Source: Rhizophagus irregularis
Lineage: Eukaryota
Length of the DNA stretch: 64,000 nt
Assembly (NCBI RefSeq): GCF_026210795.1
Contig: NC_089429.1
Span: forward strand, 3,038,001 to 3,102,000
Reading direction: 5' to 3'
A model generated the notes under the pieces. It did no database searches, was not told the origin of the DNA, and saw nothing but the letters and a program-made list of their open reading frames with translations. Every line of letters begins with the position of its first letter. Position 1 is the stretch's first letter. A program made the translations under genes and the position numbers. Of the stretch, positions 13,747 to 23,819 are shown one piece after another.

Positions 13747-14673
13747 TTTCCAGTATGTTTTCAGGCATATTAGGATGCAAAATAGGACGGATTTTTTCTT
13801 GTTGTCGCTATGAAAATTTGTTAGTGACGCTCTTAGTGACGCTCTTAGTGACACCCCTTGTATGCTTTTTCAAAGTTTGGGGACGCTCGATTATCTTCCT
13901 TTGTATCTGTCACTATGTCACTAAGAGTCACTAAGAAAAAGTAAAGTTCTAGTAAAAAAATCGAAATTTTTCTATGCTATCCTATGGCTTATATGCGATA
14001 TAGTATGATACATATATGACATATGCGTGATACATATATGCTAAAAAAAATGAAAAAAAGTTAAGGAACTCGGACTTTTCTTAGTGACTCTTAGTGACAT
14101 GGTGACACCCATCTAGAAACCGTCCGAGAGCTCTAAAAATCTGAAATAGCTATAAATTTTGTCACCAAAAGCGTCGCCAAGGGCGTTACCAAGATTTTCT
14201 CGGTGACAGTGACATCTTTTTTCTAGTGACAAACTGTATTATTTTTGTTTACCTCTAAATTACCTACCAATATCTCCGCCGAAGCTATCTTAGCCTGCTT
14301 TTTCCGATGGTACTGTTCCTTTTTACGGTGCTTTCTAGCATGTAGATCGCAAAACCCATATCCAGAATAAGTTCGTTTACCACATTCAATGCAAGGTATA
14401 TATGAGGGAGAATTCCGATGTATTTGGCACCCTTTTGGATGGAAGCACCCCCGATTACAAACTTCTCCGGTCCTGAGAATATATGGACATCGATAAAATG
14501 TCATTTTTGATAACTATGAATAGTTCGATTATGTATCGATTTATATATTTCGGAATTAATTTTCATTTTGAACTTTTTTCTCCCGGAGTATATACTTTCT
14601 CTCGAACTGTATATTTGTTATATAATACCGCGACCCAATCCGAGCTTTCAGAGTTCCTCGACGCGCTCCGCCC
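13747..14673 (+). repeat. Left inverted repeat of element A
   Basis: Reverse complement of 49079-50005, with only a handful of substitutions or indels. Confidence 0.95.
14223..14504 (-). CDS. Small Cys/His-rich zinc-finger-like protein inside the inverted repeat
   Basis: CPYILRTGEVCNRGCFHPKGCQIH...CIECGK...CDLH plus a basic tail. Identical protein at 49247-49528; paralog at 38404-38631. Confidence 0.7.
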   Translation of the reverse strand: MTFYRCPYILRTGEVCNRGCFHPKGCQIHRNSPSYIPCIECGKRTYSGYGFCDLHARKHRKKEQYHRKKQAKIASAEILVGNLEVNKNNTVCH

Positions 14674-17600
14674 TTTTTCACCCAAAGGCTGAAAAAGATA
14701 AAACAGAAGGGGTCCCAGAGGGACCAGGCCAGGTAATCCGCTATTCCGGTGAAAAATACTTGTCGGGCATCCCAACTCGAGATAATATAGTTGCGGAAAA
14801 TGATGAGGGATTAACCGCAATCCTTGAAGACGCTCTATTCAATTGCCAAGAAATACCATTCATGGCCACTGATAATGAAGGATCCAGCCAAAAAATAAAT
14901 GGAAAGTATTGCTATGTATTACGGCTCTACGGTTCTCTCATTAATGGCCAAAAAGCGATAGTAATCCTTTTGGGAATTCAGGTTTTCTTTGACGTTCTTG
15001 TTCCAGACGGAGAGACTCCAGATGAATGTGAAATGAAAATAAGGGATATTCTCTCTGGGGAGGTGGATACTCAAAAAATTGAGCATATTAAAGCTTTCCC
15101 TTTTCGGGGTTATCATACGGAAAAAAAGACATATTTACGAATCTATATGAGTGGTACCGGTAAAGAAAAAACAGCCATTATGGCTGTTCAAGATAATAAT
15201 TACGAAACTGCTTCAGACGATTTATACTCATTCCACCGTAAGGTGGCTCGAAGAATGGAATTCAACTTTCTGGGTGGTCTATGCTGGGCAATTACATGTA
15301 CAAGAAAAGGATTGACCCTCTCTGCCCCCACACATTTTACTTATCTAAAAAATATTTTCAACCCGTTAAAGACCTTACTACGATAACTGATCGTTTCCCT
15401 ATTTCAGCACTCAGAAGGGATCGTACTGTTATCCTCACATGGGATATAGAAACGCAATCACAAGAGTTGGGTGAATTTGCCGAAGTCCTTAATCTGAAAC
15501 AAAATGTCTTTATGATTTGCATGACACTGCATTGGAAAGATGATCCAAAACCGCTAAAGCAAATATGTCTTGTCGACATTGAGACAGAACCAGATCCACG
15601 CTGGACCACAATCGTATGTGGAAACCAAGAAAATCTGCTAAAGGCATTCGCTCTCTGCTGGCGAGCATTTGCCCCTGACATCCAAGTTGGGTTTAACGAT
15701 TCAGACTACGATTGGCGTTTCATTATGGAAAGAGCCTATCATCTCAACATTCTCGAATGGATATGGGAGCGGATGACAGGAAAGTTTGAAACAAAGGAAG
15801 AAATTATAAAGTGGAAATATCGTGGAAAGATAGGAGCGAAATCCGAAAATACTTTTAAGAAGAAAGAAAAGAAAAAGAATAGTGAGGACAGAGATAGTGA
15901 AAATACTCTTCACATTCTTGAGAATGGAGAGGAGGATACGGAAGTCAAAGAATTTCTGGGCGGTCCGATTAAGATCAAAATTTCTGCAGAAGATAATTTC
16001 TTTTCCAGCTTCCTTAAACTGCCAGGATGTGTACCAATTGACGTTAGAGTTTGCCTCAAAAAGCGTTACCCCCGTTCTGAAGTCGAAAAGGAAGGCTCAC
16101 TTAAATTCTTCTTACAAAAATGCGGTCTTGACGCTAAAGTTGACATGCCATACAATAAAATGTGGAAAACCTATTCAGAGGCGAAAAAGAACCCGTCCCC
16201 ATCAACTGCAAGAAAAATGCGGGAAGTAGCATATTACTGTATTATAGATGCACTGTGTTGCCAGGAGCTTTTGGTAAAGCTAAGTCAAATAAATGAATAC
16301 AGAGAAGTCGCTTCTATAGCTTATGTATCTTTATTCGACTCACACTATCGCGCAAATGGAATGAAGGTACGAAACCTTCTAGGCGCTTATGCTTTTAAAC
16401 ATGATATGCTATTTAGCGCAAGGATACCTGAAAAGGTGGAAAAGGGTAAGTATCCAGGCGCATATGTTTTTCCACCTAAAAAAGGTATCGAGACGAAAAG
16501 GCCGGTAACGGGTTTGGATTTTAGATCTTTATATCCAAGCCTTATTATGGCCTATAACCTCTCTCCAGAAAAGTTTATATTTAATCCAGAGGAGGCTGTC
16601 ATTATAAAAAAGAATGGGAACAGTTTACACGAGATTAGCTTTCCATTCAATAAGCGCACTATTCAAGCTTGGTGCGTAAGACATGATAATCGATCTGAGA
16701 AGAAAGGTTTATACCCGACCGTATTAGAGGAATTATTTGCGATGAGACAAGAACTTAAAGCGCAACTTGCCTCATTAGGAAAGAAGAAGGATCAACTTGG
16801 AAAGATAATAAGTTCGGTGAAAGAAAAGGGTAAAAGAATTCCTGAGAAGTTAGATTTAGAATATAAATCTCTTTGCTTCGAATATGACTGCTTGAATTCA
16901 AAGCAGAAAGCTGTCAAGCTATTTATGAATACCTTTTATGGAGAGGCCGGAAACCCATTATCTTCAATCTTTCTCCGTGCATTGGCCGGGGAGGACCACT
17001 TCCGCTGGCAAATACAATATCAAACTTGTTGCAGAATATGTGGAAAAGAAAGGCTTTGGAACCAAATATGGGGATACTGATTCTTTGTATCTTACCTGCC
17101 CAGATAAGTATTTTGAAAAATGCGATGAAGCCTTCTTCTCAGAAAAGAACTATCCAAAGAAGCGTACTGGACCGAAATGGTCAAAATTACTATGGATGTG
17201 ATGAAAAAGTTGCGCGATCAGATAAATGCTTATCTTAGGATAAAAAGTGGGACCTCTTATCTAAAAATGGCTTACGAAGAGGTATTATTTCCCGTCTGCT
17301 TTACTGGCAAAAAGAAGTACTTTGGAGTCGGGCATGAAGATGTAGTAAACTTTAAACCGAAAACCCTTTTCATGAAAGGGATAGAAACTGTAAAGCAAGG
17401 TAAATCCCAGCTTCTCAAATTCATCGGAGAGAAAATTATGAGAGAGGCTATGGATATTAATAATACACGCTCAATTCACGATATTGTTGAAGCTACTCTT
17501 AGAGAAGCCCAGAACAAGGAATGGGATTTCAATGATTTTATCGTAATGGGTACATGGAAGCCTAAGAAAAAAAATCTCTGCAACAATCGCTTTATGGAAC

Positions 17601-17959
17601 GTATGAGGGAGAGAAATAAGAGGATTCCCGATCCCGGCGAACGCTTTAGCTATGTCGTTGTGAAGGGTCCCCGTCTTCGCAATGAGAAAGGCCGGTTAAT
17701 ACCGGTTAGAGTTGGAGATTATATGGAGTATGCGGACATAGCAAAAGAGAAAAACATGGAAATAGATATCAATTATTATTTAGGCACTACGGTTGGAATG
17801 TGCGCACGCTTTATCAATGAGGATGATAGATACCAACCACCAGCTTCACATAAAATTATGCAACTTAAAGATTCGGATGAAAAGGAAAAGCAGACCGACA
17901 AATATTCCCAGGATGAGGCAATAAAATGGCTTAAAAAATATATAAAAGACTTACAATAA
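14630..17959 (+). pseudogene. Family B DNA polymerase (RNA-primed, asfarvirus/NCLDV-like), split by frameshifts
   Basis: ExoI WDIET, ExoII GFNDSDYDW, ExoIII YCIIDA; polymerase motifs [29 protein letters not shown]. Spread over ORFs 14568-15386, 15281-17080, 16938-17201 and 17177-17959; no introns. Confidence 0.9.
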
Positions 17960-18510
17960 AATTTCTAGGTATTTCGATGATTCGTCCGAAGCCGATATAG
18001 ACGATATTATCGAATTATATGGTTAAGTATTCTAGCGGAGGTGTGGCAATTTCAGCTAAGAATACTTAGCCGTTAAGGCACTTCGTACAATATTATTTGT
18101 ATATTTTTTCTCGTGTAATAATACTGGCTAACTTCAATTCCTATATTCGATCTAGTCACGAGGTGATGAGATGGTCGGCGTTACAAATTGTAACGCGCAC
18201 GTGACTGACCTCTTCCGGCCTCCGATCATATATCCCGACCTCAGATATGTCTGGAGATAATCATTAGTATTTTGCATATTAAAGTTTACGATCAGCCGAA
18301 AATCTGCATATTTTAAACATAGTCTTTATTGGTATAATGGCCGAACTACGTGACCAAGTTTCCCAGTACATAGGATTCGAACCCAACAAAATCTATCTCC
18401 CGATCACAGAAGAGGATAGATGGGTGTTTCGTAAAATAATAGCAGATCAGGAGGGAATGGCAGATATCGTAATGGACGACTATCGATATTTACTACAACA
18501 CGGTAGTCGA

Positions 18511-19557
18511 CTAGGATTTGAGATGATAAATATCTGGCCTATTTCTATATTTTTTGTAGGTGAAGTATCGGTCACTTTCTTTCGGCTTGGCGCTCCACAT
18601 ATTCCATATTTTTTTCCCGACCACGAGCCATATAATTGCAATCAGTAGTAAGGTAAGTATGGAATATATTAACATAGGCGACATTAAGGAGTCCGCAACA
18701 ATAGGAATAGCCGGTACTAGAGGTATTGCTTGGGCTGATGATACCATTTCCGCACCACTTGCAGAAATAATTTGGGATGAATCATTCATAGGCGGGAGTG
18801 GAAGGGATATTTCATTATTTTCCTTCAATTCTAACTGGTCCCCGAAGGACCTATTTTCCTCCCTTAATTTTGATCGCGCTGAATACAAAGCATCTATTTC
18901 CCGTCTAAATATGCTATTTGATGACTCTATTCCCTTTTCCATACATTCTATTGTATATTCTTTCGAATTACGGTCTTCCTTTACTCGTTCCAATTCAAGC
19001 CTAAGAGAATCAATCTCTTTAAGATCGGATGAGCTTATTTGGGCTGGCTCTTCTACCACCCCTCCCGTTGCATCCAAATCATGATATGTACGCTCTAGAT
19101 CTATGTCCTCCAACTTACCTTCCAATTCGCGTATTTTAGTTTCAAGAGAAAGAATCTGGACCTTGTCAGCGGACGAAGCTTTCTGGGCCAAAGTCGCCTT
19201 TCTCTTCAGTGTTTTAATCTCTGATTTGAGCAATTTGATTTCGGCAGTATATTTGGCTTCAAGCTCACGTTGTCTCTCAGAATGAGACTTTCGTTCGGAA
19301 ATAAGTTGGGATCCAACCTTAGTACTGGACGCAATTAACTGGCTAGTTTTATTTACAATATCGGCATAGGATCGTTGAAATTCCTCCTCTCGCTCTGAAT
19401 ACTCTGAATTTTCGGCCTGCAACTTTTCGTTGAAATCAGTAATTTCAGAGTTAAAATCGATAGCAATTTTTAATTTTTTTTCGAGCTCTTGCTCATATGT
19501 ACTACCCAGCCGATGTCCTCTATCTTTTATATCCTTCAATGTATGTACATTGGACAT
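18511..19557 (-). CDS. Coiled-coil protein with a C-terminal transmembrane helix
   Basis: 348-aa ORF with a heptad-rich body and the hydrophobic segment MLIYSILTLLLIAIIWLVV followed by GKK. Confidence 0.7.
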   Translation of the reverse strand: MSNVHTLKDIKDRGHRLGSTYEQELEKKLKIAIDFNSEITDFNEKLQAENSEYSEREEEFQRSYADIVNKTSQLIASSTKVGSQLISERKSHSERQRELEAKYTAEIKLLKSEIKTLKRKATLAQKASSADKVQILSLETKIRELEGKLEDIDLERTYHDLDATGGVVEEPAQISSSDLKEIDSLRLELERVKEDRNSKEYTIECMEKGIESSNSIFRREIDALYSARSKLREENRSFGDQLELKENNEISLPLPPMNDSSQIISASGAEMVSSAQAIPLVPAIPIVADSLMSPMLIYSILTLLLIAIIWLVVGKKIWNMWSAKPKESDRYFTYKKYRNRPDIYHLKS

Positions 19558-19814
19558 AATCTTGGCATGGTTATATAGCAGGAAAAAAAAATATGTTGCA
19601 TTTTTTTTGAGACCACGTAGTCCCGAAATTTCAGAAGCACTTTATTTTTTCTATATATCGATACATATTGGTGGGCATTGAAATATATCAATAATATATT
19701 GAAAATTATTAATACGTATTGAAAAATATTGAAAAATATTGATATGCACATATTGATACGCATTGATATTTATTGAATAGTATTAATATTTTTAGTATAT
19801 ATAATCCAGTAAAG

Positions 19815-20423
19815 ATGGTAGCCCGTATCCATGATACATATTATGATGCTAAGGCAACCCTGTTATCAGAAGCCGACATCAAGGAAATTAGAGAATCCAG
19901 AGGTAGGATACCCAATGCAACACAAAAAATGGCTAGTAAATTTCATATCGGACCTAAGCGTGTTTATGAAATATGGGATAACAAAGAACGCCTTCAGCAA
20001 GGGGTGGTCCCAGAGGGAGTAGTTATTTCATCTTCCTCCGGTCAGCCTGTTTTGGACGAGAATTCCCAGACTGATAAGATAGAACAGACTGAGTCAAATA
20101 TACATGGCCAAAATACATCCCCCTTTGCAGAACTGGAAAAAAATATACGTGATGCTAAGGTTGAGTCTAGCAAATCTACCGATTCAGCTTTAGAAAAAGG
20201 AGGCAGTAAGGCGAAAAAGACTGGAGGAAAGAAATCGAAGTCCAAGTCCACGTTAGTAGAGCTAACACCATCTAGTATTCAGACTCAGCCAATCCAGACT
20301 TCAAAGAAGGATATAAATAATGTAAATTTGGATGCATCATATGAGAAGATGGTCGAAAAAAGCACAAAAATCGTAGATGAAAAAAAGAAGCGTTATACTG
20401 AAAATAACTCGCCTATCCCCTAA
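19815..20423 (+). CDS. Putative HTH DNA-binding protein with a low-complexity tail
   Basis: IKEIRESRG...TQKMASKFHIGPKRVYEIW resembles a helix-turn-helix. Confidence 0.5.
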   Translation: MVARIHDTYYDAKATLLSEADIKEIRESRGRIPNATQKMASKFHIGPKRVYEIWDNKERLQQGVVPEGVVISSSSGQPVLDENSQTDKIEQTESNIHGQNTSPFAELEKNIRDAKVESSKSTDSALEKGGSKAKKTGGKKSKSKSTLVELTPSSIQTQPIQTSKKDINNVNLDASYEKMVEKSTKIVDEKKKRYTENNSPIP

Positions 20424-21314
20424 GAAGACTTTCGCAAAACTCATTGATTTCCGCATTAAATTTGAGAGTAATGAAAAGCTTCTTCTCAAGCTCTTTCACG
20501 CGAATTGCCATATCCTCATAACTCACTTTTTTTTTTAATGTGTCCTCCTCACTCAAGTCCTGCAAGTCATGTGAAATACAGTCCGGAGCTGGCAGATCAT
20601 CACATTCGGGAGTAGTCCTCGCGTAATTCACCTCGAGCTTGTTCTTAACCTTATGCATAGTGACTGGGATAATATAATCTTTTCCATTAAAAGGAATCTT
20701 TAGCTCATTTGTATTCCAGTCCACTGCGCACCCATATTTCTTTAGGAGTTGGTTAGAAAATATTAGCGTTGACTTATGATAGTCTACAACTATAAAATCT
20801 TCATGAATAGGTGAGTCCAGGAGCTAAAGTAATTGGCAAATTGCGGGCGACACCAATAGATTCAATCGGGACAGTAGCTACACCGCTAAGGTCGTGTTTT
20901 TCAGATTCATCTATTTTAGCCTTAACACGAACAACAATATTCTTTGTTATAATTGGAGGCTCTGCTCTGGAGTCAAGAGTCATGGCTGGAATCTTTAAGC
21001 GTTTGATTTTGCACTTCACAGTAGCAACACTCGTTTTCGGCTCCTTCTTCTTGACGAAATCGATCTCCATAGGACCATCTAAAAACTCCTCCTCTTGACT
21101 AGACTCATCCGAAAATAAATCGTTGGAAGATGCCGATGTGTCATTTTGGCCGGAGACCGCGCTCCATAGGAGCCACTATCTGTTCGGACATAACGGGACT
21201 AGAGTCTTTGGAGAAACGTTCAGGAAAAAATAATTTAAGCTCACTTAGGAGGACTTTACGAATAGTTTCATCTAGCGGAATTTCTCTCGACATAGTGCTA
21301 GACTTCTTCTTCAC
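20413..21314 (-). pseudogene. Retropepsin-like aspartyl protease region of a Gag-Pro polyprotein
   Basis: PMEID linker, TLDSRAEPPII (DSG-like active site with G to R), LSGVATVPIESIG flap, and LIFSNQLLKKYGCAVDW after a frameshift near 20805. Confidence 0.75.
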
Positions 21315-23789
21315 TTTTTTTTTGACTTAGATATATGAACATCAAGAATACCATCAGAATCAGAAGAATCAGAAGAACTTGTATCAGAATCGGAACTATC
21401 GCTAGAAGAAGTACTGTCTGAAGAGGAATCTGAATCTGGTTCTATAGCGAGATTGACCTTACCTTTCTTCGACTTCTTGCTTTTCTTTTTCTTCTTTACA
21501 GAGCACTTACGAGAAGTGTGTCCAAATCTACCACACTTGGTACATTTTTTCTTAACGGCACTTTTAACGGCGGATTTGATAGCATTTATTGTGGCACTAT
21601 TTAGTGTCATGCCGGCCATACTGTCAGTAATATCATCCACAGGGTCATAATTATAATCATCTTCAGGTTGCTTATTTGATTTTGTCCTTAGAAGTTCACT
21701 TAAAAATCGTCTAATAATAAGGTCTTCCCCTCTCTTATTGGCCGATTTTTTACTATTATCTAGAGTCTTAGTTCCTCGGAGACAAAGTCTCTTGAAAGGA
21801 TTTAGCTATAGCTTCTTGTAAATCAGCCTTAGTGATATTTTCCTGGCCAGAAGAAGACACCGGTGATAGATTTGGCGCCGATTGTTGTAACGCCTGAATC
21901 CTACTATTTACAATCCTATCAATATCTTCTGTAGTAATATTTTGATGGGAAGGCGCTTTTGATTTTGTCTTAGTGGCCGGCTGGTTATAAATATCTTCGC
22001 CCAAAAGTAAATCATTCCTTGCTGTTTCAATCTCTTCCAGTGTCTCAATCAAATCATCGTTCAAAGGTCTGTTTAAACCCAGTCGTTTCATTTCTAACTT
22101 GTTTTCAGGAGACAAACCACGTAAAAATTGTATTCTTTTTTCACGATCGGATATTCGAGCCCAGCCAGCATATTTATCTATCTTTCTATAGAAATTTCTA
22201 ACTGAATCAGATCCTTGAGTCAAAGTACCAAAGATCAATTCCTGTTGCTCTCGAACAACTGTAGGATAATTCCTTTTAAACCAATAGATGACCTGACTAA
22301 TATTGATATCAGGAAGGACTATATGATTGTTGTTATTTAAAGCTCCATTCGGGGCATTGGTTGCTGTACCAGCATCGACAGGACACCCACCAGCAAGAGA
22401 CCAATCTTCATCTGCGTGAACATTATGTGCTGGGATAACTGTAGCGCCAGTAGCTCCAGCTGGCAATCCTGGTGGTGGAGTACCATCAGGCGCATTAATC
22501 ATGGCGGCCGTTATGTTAGCATTATTTAGGGCCACTACGGCGGCCATATTTGCTAAAGCATTCCCACATCTTACATGATTCAATCGCCATTTTTTACCTT
22601 TAAGCTTATCTTCAGCCCAACGTGATGCCTCATCTGTCAAGCAGGACCAGAATAGCTCTAAAGCTCTCTGTTTACCACCCGCATTAGCAGTAGTGATATT
22701 GGCCGCCGTAAGATAGAGTCTGTAATCTTTTATGAATTCATCTATATCTTCATCCGCTCTACCTGAGAATCTTTTTGGTGCATATCCTGCCATCCTTAAA
22801 TGTTGAAGATTATTTTGTAATGCGAATATTTGTCCTTGCAAATTTAAATTATTCTGGCGTTCTGCTTGGGTCTTATTTTTCCATTTCTCATATCGCTCAT
22901 ATAACCTGTCTCGATTAAATTCTAACAGACCTATATTCCCTCTACTTTGCTGTAAGTGGTGGGCATTTCGCTGATACAATAATTGTAAGGCAAATTTTTC
23001 TTGTATCAGTACACCTATACGGGTTTGCTTTCTTGCTATATTAGCTATCATTCTATTTATCTGGTTTTGAGCATTGGTCCGCAACTGATGGAGATCACCA
23101 ATAACATTAGCCATCCCACCTTCAGCAAGATCTCTTCGCGTAATAGCAAGATCTCGCTCACCTTCTCGCATCATAGCGCCTTCTTTGCTCACGGACTAAA
23201 TCCTGATGCAAATTATTCTCTTTTCGACGTATCTGCCTTGTCGCCCTTTTTATTTGGTCTATTAGAATATCTCTGCTCGTTGTCCTATTATTTAGATAAC
23301 CATCTATAGCATTTGCTAGCTCTGCGATTGCGCCATATTATCATCGGAATTATACAAGTCCGGAGAATTACCTCTTTCCGGTAAATTTTTTCGTGATGAG
23401 ATAGTCCTGATCCGGCATCGCAATTTCTTTACCTGCTCCTCGGAATCTACTAACAGACTCTCTATACTAGAAATATGTTTTTCATTATCACGAATATCCT
23501 TCTTAGCTTGATATAGTTGCTTTTTTAGGCTGGAGATTTCGGATTTTAGCTCTGCTATCTCCTCTTTCGAAGCATTCTCAAGACGTTCTATCTCACCGTT
23601 AAGAGTTTGGATTTCTTGTTCACAATGGACACATTCACGTTCCAGCTCCCTGATCTGCTTTTCATTTTGGCAGTTATTATCAACTTCTGCTTGCAATTCA
23701 CTACGAAGATGGTAGTTCTCCTCCTTCAGCTCAGCTTTATATTCTTCACATGTTCTTCTCTGCCTTGGATGGGGCCTCCGAAATGCCAT
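21311..23789 (-). pseudogene. Gag-like protein: coiled coil, retrotransposon capsid domain, CCHC zinc knuckle
   Basis: PKRFSGRADEDIDEFIKDY...LTDEASRW; MHR-like LTQGSDSVRNFYRKI...QFLRGL; knuckle CTKCGRFGHTSRKC. Pieces at 23316-23789, 21768-23192 and 21311-21640. Confidence 0.8.
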
Positions 23790-23819
23790 TCTTTTTTGTG
23801 ATTATAAAAGAGAATCAGA

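Noticed and set aside
13609..13934. ORFs MSLRASLRASL... and ...LLVTLLVTLLVT (also 49898-50155)
   Set aside because: These are translations of the 12-bp iteron repeats, and the two arms diverge mid-ORF.
14483..14692. MDIDKMSF... N-terminal extension (also on 48123-49268)
   Set aside because: It runs through the AT-rich divergent promoter and overlaps the Zn-finger gene start. MTQSEL is the more plausible start.
19676..19792. atattga-rich repeat between divergent genes
   Set aside because: Low-complexity sequence. It could be promoter-related, but no specific function can be supported.
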